From the NCBI GenBank assembly GCA_964014565.1, contig CAXGZN010000002.1:1-45865 (forward strand): a DNA stretch of 45,865 nt, in the 5' to 3' direction. The number at the start of each line of letters is the position of its first letter. Position 1 is the first letter of the stretch. This document shows positions 20,125-28,649 of the stretch, one piece after another. Made by a program: the position numbers and the translations under genes. Below the pieces are notes generated by a model. It worked only from the letters and a program-made list of their open reading frames with translations. It searched no databases and had not been told where the DNA came from. Source of the stretch: an uncultured Gammaproteobacteria bacterium. Its GTDB lineage: Bacteria; Pseudomonadota; Gammaproteobacteria; Magnimaribacterales; D2472.

Positions 20125-21512
20125 ATTATTTCTTTTCAGTAATTTTTTTAGCATTAGGTCTATCGGCCCTATTTTTTGGAAGAGCTATGTTTTCCTTCTT
20201 TTTAAAAATAGCTAATGATGATGAGCTTTCTAAAAGAGTTGGTCTTGCAATAGGTATCCCAGGCTTAGTATTACTAATTTTTATTCTTAATATCGAAAAT
20301 TGGTATTTCAGAGTGTGGAGTATAGTTTCCTTTTTATTTGGATTAGGTTTCTTCTTGAGAGGATTATTTTTCATATTTTTTAGGAAGTTTTTAGTGAGAG
20401 CTCTCGAAAAGATGATAGATATGGGAAAAGTAGTAAGTGTTTTTGCTTTTTTTATTATGCTTTGTCTTTCAATGCTTTCGGTAAGTAGAGATTACGTTGG
20501 GCCAATAGAAGATATTTCAGATTGCTCAAATGGATCAAAATTAGAAGTTTATTGTGTGCTCTCAAATCCTGAAGATATTATAAAAACGCCAGACGAGAAA
20601 TACTTTATTGTTAGCGAGTTTGGTGGAATAAAACCATATGAGGAAGCTAAAGAAGGAAGCCTTGCTCTCTTTAATTTGAGTACAAAAATGAGGGAAGACT
20701 TGGATATCAAATTAGGTTCAAATGTTTGGGGTGACCCGAAGTGTCAAAGAGAAGACTTGCGTTTGGGTCCTCATGGTATTGATCTTAATAAAAGATATGA
20801 TGGCAGTTACCAGCTTGCTGTAGTTAATCACTATCCACAGGAGTCGGTAGAGTTCTTTGAGTTAGTTTTTGAAGAAAACTGGTCTTTGGTTTGGAGAGGT
20901 TGTGTTTCTGTCCCGAAAAAATATTACATAAATGATATAACGATTGAAAGTAGTGGCTCATTCTTCACTACCCACATGTATCCAAGAGATATTTCTATGA
21001 ATGAGTGGCTTAGTGCAGCTATTTTTAAATACCCTACCGGTGTGGTTTTATTTTGGAACAAATTTAAGTTTGAAGAACTTTCTTTTACAAATGCTGGTCA
21101 ACCTAATGGAATAGCTAAAAAGGATAATATTCTTTATGTTGCAAATAATTTAAGTGACACTGTAAAAGCATATGATCTGATCAAAAAAGAGGAAGTTTTT
21201 AGTTATAGTATCAACAGCCCTGATAATTTGGTTATTGATGATAATTCAATTTGGGTAACAAGCTTGGATCATGAAACTCTCGACGTTACAGCTAAATGTC
21301 CAGGATATACTTTAAAAGGTATCGAAGAAGATCATATGGTCTGCTCACTGCCATTTAAGGTTATTGAACTTAGCGCCAAAGACCTTACCCCTGTAAATAT
21401 TTTTACCTTTAACAAAAATAAGGCGGCATTTCCTACAGTTGCTCTGCCTGATGGAGACTCTGTTTGGGTCGGCTCATTCTCGCTTGATAGATTAGTTAGT
21501 TTCAAAAATTAA
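20115..21512 (+). CDS. Paraoxonase/arylesterase (PON)-family six-bladed beta-propeller protein with an additional N-terminal multi-TM extension
   Basis: 465 aa. Residues ~1-95 form three hydrophobic helices, followed by a fourth anchor helix. The rest resembles human PON1 as recalled: PHGI, VVNH, SVEFFEL, NDI, PNGIA...YVAN and DNLVID segments appear in the same order. Confidence 0.6.
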   Translation: MALNYFFSVIFLALGLSALFFGRAMFSFFLKIANDDELSKRVGLAIGIPGLVLLIFILNIENWYFRVWSIVSFLFGLGFFLRGLFFIFFRKFLVRALEKMIDMGKVVSVFAFFIMLCLSMLSVSRDYVGPIEDISDCSNGSKLEVYCVLSNPEDIIKTPDEKYFIVSEFGGIKPYEEAKEGSLALFNLSTKMREDLDIKLGSNVWGDPKCQREDLRLGPHGIDLNKRYDGSYQLAVVNHYPQESVEFFELVFEENWSLVWRGCVSVPKKYYINDITIESSGSFFTTHMYPRDISMNEWLSAAIFKYPTGVVLFWNKFKFEELSFTNAGQPNGIAKKDNILYVANNLSDTVKAYDLIKKEEVFSYSINSPDNLVIDDNSIWVTSLDHETLDVTAKCPGYTLKGIEEDHMVCSLPFKVIELSAKDLTPVNIFTFNKNKAAFPTVALPDGDSVWVGSFSLDRLVSFKN

Positions 21513-21514
21513 TT

Positions 21515-22336
21515 ATGCGAGATTTTTGCCTGGACAATTTAGATGTCTCCCTAGATCAAGGTATTTTAGATACTCATAAAGGAAGCTTTGGTCATCTTTT
21601 GATAGCCAGTGGTGATACTGGTTATGGTGGTGCAGGCATAATTGCATCTGAATCTGCCATCATGTCAGGTTGTGGTCTTGTAACTTTAATTACAAAAAAA
21701 GAGCATATTCAATCTTCTTTATCAAGAAATCCTGAGGTCATAGCTATAGGTGTTGATGGTCGACAAGATGCAGAAACCTTTTTAAAAGGTCAAAAAAATC
21801 TCCTAATTGGTCCAGGCTTAAGGGAGTCAGTATGGTCTCAACAGCTTTGTGAGCTTTTTCTCACTAGTGCTGAAGGAAATGAAGATATTAATATTGTTAT
21901 TGATGCTGGCGGGCTCTATTACATGAAAGAGTTTGGCTGTCCTTCAAATGCAATTATTACTCCACATCCTGGAGAGGCTGCTATGTTGCTCGATTGTTCA
22001 GTTGAGGAGTTACAGAAAAATAGATTAGAAGCTGCTAAAGAACTTTATAAAAGATATAACTGTTTGGTTATTTTAAAAGGTTATCAAACTATAGTGTTTG
22101 ATGGAGAAGCATATCAATGTACTGATGGAGGTCCTGCCCTTTCAACTGCGGGAACAGGAGATGTTCTTGCTGGCCTAATTGGATCTTTTTTGGCACAAGG
22201 CATAAGTAAGATAGATGCAGCTAAGTTCTCCGTTGCTATTCATGGTGCAGCAGGAGATAAATTTTCTAAAAGCAAAGGAGTAAGAGGATTGACTGCAACT
22301 AAACTAATTAAAATTATTAATGAGGAAATGTTGTGA
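21515..22336 (+). CDS. nnrD: ADP-dependent NAD(P)H-hydrate dehydratase (YjeF C-terminal domain only)
   Basis: 273 aa with HKGSFGHLLIASG and GTGDVLAGLIG motifs. Conserved yjeF-tsaE-amidase order. No N-terminal epimerase domain. Confidence 0.85.
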   Translation: MRDFCLDNLDVSLDQGILDTHKGSFGHLLIASGDTGYGGAGIIASESAIMSGCGLVTLITKKEHIQSSLSRNPEVIAIGVDGRQDAETFLKGQKNLLIGPGLRESVWSQQLCELFLTSAEGNEDINIVIDAGGLYYMKEFGCPSNAIITPHPGEAAMLLDCSVEELQKNRLEAAKELYKRYNCLVILKGYQTIVFDGEAYQCTDGGPALSTAGTGDVLAGLIGSFLAQGISKIDAAKFSVAIHGAAGDKFSKSKGVRGLTATKLIKIINEEML

Positions 22337-22767
22337 AAATCTTTTTGAAAGATCCAGACGCAACTGCTGATTTTGGGATCAAGATTTCAAAACTTATTTC
22401 AGACTCAAATAATAATGTTATTGAAATTCATTTAGTTGGAGAACTTGGGGCTGGTAAAACATTTCTTACTAAATCAATTTTAAACTCCCTAGGCTGGCAT
22501 GGAATCGTAAAAAGTCCAACTTATACCTTATGTGATGAATATGAGACTGAGGACATTTTGTTTTTGCACGTTGATTTATATAGGCTCGCTGATGTCTCTG
22601 AGATACAAATCTTAGATCTTGATAGGCCATCGGAAAAAGTTAAAGTTATCATCATTGAATGGCCAGAAATAATTGGTGACTCAAGAACTTTTGATTTGAA
22701 AGTTAGCTTGAGCTATAAAGGTGATGGAAGAGAAGCTTTGTTAGAAAATAAATTATTAAGCAGATGA
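22333..22767 (+). CDS. tsaE: tRNA threonylcarbamoyladenosine (t6A) biosynthesis ATPase TsaE
   Basis: 144 aa with a GTG start in a GTGA overlap with nnrD. P-loop GELGAGKTFLTK and SPTYTL motif. Confidence 0.88.
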   Translation: MKIFLKDPDATADFGIKISKLISDSNNNVIEIHLVGELGAGKTFLTKSILNSLGWHGIVKSPTYTLCDEYETEDILFLHVDLYRLADVSEIQILDLDRPSEKVKVIIIEWPEIIGDSRTFDLKVSLSYKGDGREALLENKLLSR

Positions 22768-24008
22768 AAAGAAATGTAATTGCAATCTTAATTTTCTCAT
22801 TACATCAGGCAGTCTTTTCTAATCAATTAGACTTTGTGGGAGTTGATGAAAAAAATAAATCTTACAATCTAGAATTTTCAATGGAAAAAACTGCTCTTAT
22901 TGTTGCTCAATCTTCTAACTCTCCTTTCAGCATCTCTCTAGAGTTCAAGGAAACTTCAATGAAAGAAGATTTTGATCTAAAGCAAAACTACCCAATTAAA
23001 AATATTAAGTCCTCTTCATCAGAAAATAATTCAATAATTGAAATATTTTTCTATGAGCCTGTCTCATGGCAAAAGCCGCAACAAATCAAAACAGAAAATG
23101 GTATTAAAGTCTTGTTATCCCTAGATCAAAATAAAAAGATTAAGAAGATGACTAGAGAGGCAATTGTTATGATTGATGCAGGTCATGGTGGAAGAGATCC
23201 TGGAGCAATTGCAAAATCTCATAATGTTATAGAAAAAGACATAACTCTGTTAATTGCAAATGAATTATTTAGAACACTTGAAAATACTGATGGATATAAG
23301 CCAGTTCTGGTAAGAGAAGATGATTCATTTATTTATTTAGATCAAAGGTATCAAAAAGCGAGGCAAAATAGTGGAGATATTTTTGTTTCAATCCATGCAG
23401 ATGCTTTTAGTCTTCCTTCTGTTAAAGGTGCTGCTATATACATTTGGTCTGAAGAAGCTTCCAGTAATTCAGCAAAAAGCCTTTCCACTAAGAAAGTGAG
23501 CTCTGTTCGAGTTGATGAATCTGATTTTGATGAAGATTTAGCAAGATCGAAATATCCTGAAATATATAAAAAGAAGAAGGAAAAAAGTCTTCAACTTGGC
23601 AAAAAAATATTAGATCAGCTCAAGCGTGATCCCTATACACATCTTCATAAAAAAAGGGTTGAATATGCGGACTTCAGAGTTCTTAAATCTTTGGATGTAC
23701 CCTCAGTTCTAATTGAATCTGGCTTCATATCTAATTCGGAAGATGCAGAAAGACTTAAGGGAAAACCTGGTAGAAGAATGATTGCTAGATCACTTTTTCT
23801 GGGTATAAATAATTATTTTAAAGAAAATCTTGAAGACGATTTTTTTATTTATGACGCTGAGGGTTACTTAACCTACACAGTTCAAAGAGGCGATGTTCTG
23901 TCAGAGATTGCCATTCGTTTTGGAGTGCCTGTTATGGACATAATTAATACTAATTTGATTAGAGATGAGGCTATCTTTCCTGGGCAACGAATTAAGATCA
24001 AGATTTAA
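22764..24008 (+). CDS. N-acetylmuramoyl-L-alanine amidase (AmiB/AmiC type) with C-terminal LysM domain
   Basis: 414 aa with a signal peptide, Amidase_3 motifs IDAGHGGRDPGA and SIHADA, and a C-terminal LysM (YTVQRGDVLSEIAIRFGV). Confidence 0.88.
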   Translation: MKRNVIAILIFSLHQAVFSNQLDFVGVDEKNKSYNLEFSMEKTALIVAQSSNSPFSISLEFKETSMKEDFDLKQNYPIKNIKSSSSENNSIIEIFFYEPVSWQKPQQIKTENGIKVLLSLDQNKKIKKMTREAIVMIDAGHGGRDPGAIAKSHNVIEKDITLLIANELFRTLENTDGYKPVLVREDDSFIYLDQRYQKARQNSGDIFVSIHADAFSLPSVKGAAIYIWSEEASSNSAKSLSTKKVSSVRVDESDFDEDLARSKYPEIYKKKKEKSLQLGKKILDQLKRDPYTHLHKKRVEYADFRVLKSLDVPSVLIESGFISNSEDAERLKGKPGRRMIARSLFLGINNYFKENLEDDFFIYDAEGYLTYTVQRGDVLSEIAIRFGVPVMDIINTNLIRDEAIFPGQRIKIKI

Positions 24009-24009
24009 A

Positions 24010-25977
24010 TTATTGATAATCGATTGGATTAAAATCCACTGACCACCTTACCTTGAGTCTTTTTTGTTTTTCTATATATCCTTCAACTAGATTTTTAGTA
24101 TTTTTATGAAGTGTTGGTAATGTTTTCGATTTTAGTAAGAGAGAGTGTCTAAAATTTCCTCGAACTTTTGAGATTATATCTGGAAGAGGTCCAATACATT
24201 CACAATTTGTTTCTTTATCTAAATACTTACGAGCCTTATTTAAGAAATTAATATTACTGGTTTTGTTGGGTGATGAAGCTCGTAAAATTGCAACAGATGA
24301 AAATGGTGGAAGATTTGATGCTTCATATTCTTTTAGCAAATGTTTAGAAAACTCTAAGTAGTCTCCACTACTTAAAATATTAAGATATTCATTATCTAAA
24401 AGATTAGATTGGACTATTATTTTAGACTTTCCTGATCTGCCAACTCTTCCAGTGACTTGAATTAAGAGTTGTGAGAGTTTCTCAACTGCATTCAATTCAT
24501 GGCTTACAAGACCTAAATCTGCATCTATCACAATTCCTAGCTCTACATCAGAAAAATCATGACCTTTAGCAATCATTTGAGTGCCAATTAAAAAAGCTTT
24601 TTTTGTATCAGTAATTTCTGATAACAATCTTTCTAGAGAACCTTTTTTTCTTGTTGAGTCCAGATCAAGCCTTACCATGGGGACATTTGGAAACTCCCCA
24701 CTCAAAAAGGATTCTATTTTTTGAGTCCCAACGCCCTCTGAAGTAAGTTTTGCGCTCTCACATTCTGGACAGCTGTGCGGTACCCCAAAAGATGTATCGC
24801 ATCTATGGCATCTTAGCCTGGAACTATCTCGGTGATGCACAAGACGTGAATTACATGAATTACATATAGCGGTCCAATTACAGTCTATGCACTTGAATAC
24901 AGGTGAATACCCTCTTCTATTTATAAATATCAATACTTTCTTATCTCTTGATACTGTCTTTTCGATTAAAGAAAGCAAATTAGTATCTATGCCTGATTTT
25001 CTATCTAAGAAGTGAGAATTTAATATTGAAAACTTAGGAGGGTTTTTATTATTGACTCTTTTTGGAATAGAGATAAATTTATATTTTCCTTTGTCGACTA
25101 AATGCAGCATCTTCAATGAGGGGGTAGCTGATGCAAGAATGATCGGGATTTTTCTTTGCTGCGCCATTTTGATTGCAACATCCTTAGCAGAAAACTTTAA
25201 GCCTTCCTGCTGCTTAAAAGATGCATCATGTTCCTCATCAATAATTATCAAAGAAAGTCTCTGGAGTGGGACAAAAAGAGAGGATCGTGTTCCTATTAAA
25301 ACTCTTAATTCTCCAGACTTGGACTTTTTCCATACATCAAACCTCTCTTTTGAGGTTTTCTTTGAATGATATGTACCAATATTTTCTCCAAACCTTTTTT
25401 TAAATCTTTTCTCTAATTGAGGCGTCAAACTTATCTCAGGAATTAGTAATAAGCATGATCCTCCTTTCTTTAAAGCCTCTTCAACAAGTCTCATATAAAC
25501 CTCAGTTTTTCCAGAGCTTGTTACTCCGTGGAATAGGCATGGATCAAAGCCATCCAATTTACTTAAAAATTTAAATGCTCTTTGTTGGTAAGAAGTGAGA
25601 GAAAATCTTTTGTCATTATCATTTACTTCATACTCTTTGAGTTTTGTTTCAGGGTTCTCGTAATAAAAATCTTTTCTTAGTTTTGGTGGTAAAAAGTTCG
25701 AAAAAACTTCGCCGCGTGAATGAATATAAAAATCTGAGATCCAGTTGAGAGTTTTTAATGCCAAACTATCAAAAGTTGGCGTTTCATCTAATAATTCTTC
25801 AATTTCTATTGTTTTGAAAACTGGTTTTGTTGTTTGTTTGCAGACTACACCAACAACCTTCCTCTTATTGAATAAAACTTTTACTCTCGATCCAGATTTA
25901 ATCTTCTCGTTACTAAAATATGTAAAATCTTTTCTTATAGGAACCGGGATTGAAACTGAATAGTAAAATTTTTCCAT
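24010..25977 (-). CDS. priA: Primosomal replication restart helicase PriA
   Basis: 655 aa with Walker A GVTSSGKTEVY, the DEEH box IIIDEEHD, and a Cys-rich zinc-binding insertion (CIDCNW...CNSC...CHRC...CPEC). Divergent from rpmE as in E. coli. Confidence 0.93.
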   Translation of the reverse strand: MEKFYYSVSIPVPIRKDFTYFSNEKIKSGSRVKVLFNKRKVVGVVCKQTTKPVFKTIEIEELLDETPTFDSLALKTLNWISDFYIHSRGEVFSNFLPPKLRKDFYYENPETKLKEYEVNDNDKRFSLTSYQQRAFKFLSKLDGFDPCLFHGVTSSGKTEVYMRLVEEALKKGGSCLLLIPEISLTPQLEKRFKKRFGENIGTYHSKKTSKERFDVWKKSKSGELRVLIGTRSSLFVPLQRLSLIIIDEEHDASFKQQEGLKFSAKDVAIKMAQQRKIPIILASATPSLKMLHLVDKGKYKFISIPKRVNNKNPPKFSILNSHFLDRKSGIDTNLLSLIEKTVSRDKKVLIFINRRGYSPVFKCIDCNWTAICNSCNSRLVHHRDSSRLRCHRCDTSFGVPHSCPECESAKLTSEGVGTQKIESFLSGEFPNVPMVRLDLDSTRKKGSLERLLSEITDTKKAFLIGTQMIAKGHDFSDVELGIVIDADLGLVSHELNAVEKLSQLLIQVTGRVGRSGKSKIIVQSNLLDNEYLNILSSGDYLEFSKHLLKEYEASNLPPFSSVAILRASSPNKTSNINFLNKARKYLDKETNCECIGPLPDIISKVRGNFRHSLLLKSKTLPTLHKNTKNLVEGYIEKQKRLKVRWSVDFNPIDYQ

Positions 25978-25983
25978 AATTTA

Positions 25984-26011
25984 TTGTAAAGATTTCCTTA
26001 TTTGGTATAGT
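25984..26011 (+). promoter_or_regulatory. Putative sigma70 promoter of rpmE-rpmB (extended -10)
   Basis: TTGTAA (25984-25989), 16-nt spacer, then TGG-TATAGT (TG at 26003-26004, hexamer 26006-26011), about 25 nt before the rpmE ATG. Confidence 0.4.
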
Positions 26012-26036
26012 TCTCAGCCTAAATTAAGATTTTATT

Positions 26037-26243
26037 ATGAAAACAGGTATTCATCCTAATTATCAAGAGATTAAGGCTACATGTAGTTGTGGCAACACTT
26101 TTACTATTAAAAGCACTCTCTCAGAAGATCTTTCTTTAGATATATGTTCTGCTTGTCATCCATTTTATACAGGTAAGCAAAAAATTATCGACACAGGTGG
26201 AAGAGTGCAGAAATTTGAAAAAAGGTTTGGTAAGAAATCATGA
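26037..26243 (+). CDS. rpmE: 50S ribosomal protein L31 (zinc-binding type A)
   Basis: 68 aa with MKTGIHPNY... and the CxC...CxxC zinc ligands ([14 protein letters not shown]). Confidence 0.95.
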   Translation: MKTGIHPNYQEIKATCSCGNTFTIKSTLSEDLSLDICSACHPFYTGKQKIIDTGGRVQKFEKRFGKKS

Positions 26244-26476
26244 GCAAAGTTTGTCAAGTAACTGGTAAGTCACCTCAAGCTGGGAATCATGTTTCTCATG
26301 CAAAAAACAGAGTAAAGAGAAAGTTTTTTCCGAACCTTCATAGTCATAAATTTTGGGTGGAATCTGAAAATCGTTTTGTTACTCTCAAAGTGTCTGCAAA
26401 AGGCATGAGAGTTATTGATAAAAAAGGTATCGAAGAAGTCTTAAAAGATATTAGATCTCGCGGTATTAAAGTCTAA
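26240..26476 (+). CDS. rpmB: 50S ribosomal protein L28
   Basis: 78 aa starting [37 protein letters not shown] overlap with the rpmE stop. Confidence 0.95.
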   Translation: MSKVCQVTGKSPQAGNHVSHAKNRVKRKFFPNLHSHKFWVESENRFVTLKVSAKGMRVIDKKGIEEVLKDIRSRGIKV

Positions 26477-26477
26477 A

Positions 26478-27473
26478 TTAATTATATCCTGCTGTTTGCG
26501 CAATAAAGACTGCATCACTTTGCATTGATCCAAGCTTATCAACCTGAATAAGATCCTCCTTAAAATCACCCCAAGCCTCTATTACGGGATGAAGAGGAAT
26601 TCCATCAACAGTTGGATATTCTTTATTTGCTTTAGCATACATCTCCTGAGCTGTATCTGATGACAGCCACTCAAGCAATTTAATTGAAGAACCCTTGTTG
26701 TTAGACCATTTAACAAGGCCTGCTCCTGAGATATTCACATGCACACCTCTATCTTCTTGATTAGCCCAAAAAATTCCAAGATTCTCTACTGAATTGCTTT
26801 CAATGAGCCTTGCTAGATAATAGGTATTCACAATGGTTAGGCTACAATTCCCAGCCTCAACTGCCTTTAGAACATTGGTGTCGCTAGAGAAAACTGGTTC
26901 AGCTAGATTGTTAACCCAGCCTTTTACTACTCTTTCAGTCCTTTTAGATCCATTTGCTTCAATCATGCTTGCAATTAATGATCTGTTATAAACTTTTTTT
27001 GAAGTTCTTAAGCAGAGTTTACCCTTAAACCTCCTTGTAGCTAGCGCTTCGTATGAGCTTAAATCTTGTGGGTCTATATCTGTCTTTGAGTAAACTATTG
27101 TTCTTGCTCTTTTAGAGAAGCCAAACCATTGATTATCGATATCTCTCAAATGTTGAGGTATTCTTGAAGAAAGCACTTCTGATTCAACGGGATCGAATAT
27201 TCCTTTCTCTGCAGCTTGCCACAAGACTCCTGCATCCACGGTCATAAATATATCTGCATCTGTATCTACTCCTTCTACTGCAATCCTTTCCATTAACTGC
27301 TGTGCATCTCCTGATAAAACAGTTACCTGGATTCCTGTTTCTTCAGTAAAAACATCTAAGAGATTTTCTATTAGCTGTGGCTGACGAGAGGTGTAAATAA
27401 CAACCTCATCATCTACTTGCTCAAAAGAGCATGACGATAAGAGTATGGTTAAAGCTAGAATATAATTTTTCAT
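26478..27473 (-). CDS. Fe(3+) ABC-transporter periplasmic substrate-binding protein (FbpA/AfuA family), lipoprotein-type signal
   Basis: 331 aa. Signal peptide with LLSSCS. VVIYTSRQPQLIENLL..FTEETGIQV is typical of FbpA-type binding proteins. A perfect Fur box lies directly upstream. Confidence 0.8.
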   Translation of the reverse strand: MKNYILALTILLSSCSFEQVDDEVVIYTSRQPQLIENLLDVFTEETGIQVTVLSGDAQQLMERIAVEGVDTDADIFMTVDAGVLWQAAEKGIFDPVESEVLSSRIPQHLRDIDNQWFGFSKRARTIVYSKTDIDPQDLSSYEALATRRFKGKLCLRTSKKVYNRSLIASMIEANGSKRTERVVKGWVNNLAEPVFSSDTNVLKAVEAGNCSLTIVNTYYLARLIESNSVENLGIFWANQEDRGVHVNISGAGLVKWSNNKGSSIKLLEWLSSDTAQEMYAKANKEYPTVDGIPLHPVIEAWGDFKEDLIQVDKLGSMQSDAVFIAQTAGYN

Positions 27474-27483
27474 GCACCCATTC

Positions 27484-27506
27484 TAAATGATAATGATTAT
27501 CATTTA
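27484..27506. promoter_or_regulatory. Fur box (perfect 23-bp palindrome) controlling the Fe(3+)-binding protein gene
   Basis: TAAATGATAATGATTATCATTTA is perfectly self-complementary. Read on the minus strand it matches 17 of 19 positions of the GATAATGATAATCATTATC consensus. It starts 10 nt upstream of the ATG at 27473. Confidence 0.85.
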
Positions 27507-27521
27507 AACAAGAATGCTATA

Positions 27522-28649
27522 TTACTTTATTGGGCCAGAAGCTGCTTTAACAAAGAAAGATTTTAGAAATTTAGACTGATTAAAAGCATTTAATCCAAAA
27601 TTTCTTAAAAACCTTATATATGGATTTCTTTCATTAAATAATGCTACAAATCCATCCATGGTTTTAAGCATAATTTCATTCTGTAGTCTTCTTTCGTTCG
27701 AGTAGGCATTCAAACTTTCCTTAAACTTTATGGTATCTGAATCATTAGTTTTTATAAGCTTCTTAACTAAGGAGTTTGCATCCTCAAATCCAAGGTTTAT
27801 GCCTTGGCCCGCAAGGGGATGAATGGAATGAGCAGAATCACCAACTAGTACGACCGGAAAATCTATATAACTCGATCTATTATGTGATGATAATTTAAAG
27901 CTTTGGACTTTAGACCTTATTTGAAAACTATTTCCTATTTTTCTAGAGATCTTTTCTAGATTTTCCTCAATAAAATCTTCATATCCATTCTCGATAAGAT
28001 CATCTGATATTGACCAAACAACGGTAACGAGATCCTCTCCCTTTTTTCTTGTTGGCATAAAAGCACAAATACCATTGTCTGAGAAAATCTGAAAAGCGCT
28101 CATGTTCATATCTTTTTCAGCAGAAGCTAAAAAAGTTAAAGCTGTTTGAAAGTAATCCTTATCTGATTTAGGAATTTTATTTGCTAGCTTCGAGTTTTTA
28201 CCGTCTGAAGAAATTATAAGATTTGTTTTAATGACCTTTCCACTCGATAAAGTTACTTCATTCAAGTCACCTTTTTTGTCAATATCAATAATTTCCTCTT
28301 TATATAGGATTTTTTCACTTGCTTTTTTTCGGACAGCCATTAAAAGAGTGGCAAAATCTGATACATAGGCGAGATGATCCATCCCTATCTCACTACTTTT
28401 GAAAACTATTTTTCCAGTACCATCAAAGTCTTTGACTTCCATTTTATTGATCATAGAGTAATCATTTTCAATGCCTATCTTGTCTAAAAGATTTTTTGAG
28501 AATGGATTTAGTGTGATGGTCCTAATAGAATCTTCAACCTCTTCATCTTTTTTTTCCAATACTATAGAGTCGATGCCTTGAAGACTTAAGGCACAAGAAA
28601 TATAACACCCCAGGATCCCAGCTCCAGATATTACAATTGGTTGTTGCAT
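27522..28649 (-). CDS. ubiH: FAD-dependent ubiquinone-biosynthesis hydroxylase (UbiH/UbiI/UbiF family; synteny favours UbiH)
   Basis: 375 aa with GxGxxG (SGAGILG) and GDSAHSIHPLAGQGINLG. Directly downstream of pepP, as in E. coli pepP-ubiH. Confidence 0.75.
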   Translation of the reverse strand: MQQPIVISGAGILGCYISCALSLQGIDSIVLEKKDEEVEDSIRTITLNPFSKNLLDKIGIENDYSMINKMEVKDFDGTGKIVFKSSEIGMDHLAYVSDFATLLMAVRKKASEKILYKEEIIDIDKKGDLNEVTLSSGKVIKTNLIISSDGKNSKLANKIPKSDKDYFQTALTFLASAEKDMNMSAFQIFSDNGICAFMPTRKKGEDLVTVVWSISDDLIENGYEDFIEENLEKISRKIGNSFQIRSKVQSFKLSSHNRSSYIDFPVVLVGDSAHSIHPLAGQGINLGFEDANSLVKKLIKTNDSDTIKFKESLNAYSNERRLQNEIMLKTMDGFVALFNERNPYIRFLRNFGLNAFNQSKFLKSFFVKAASGPIK

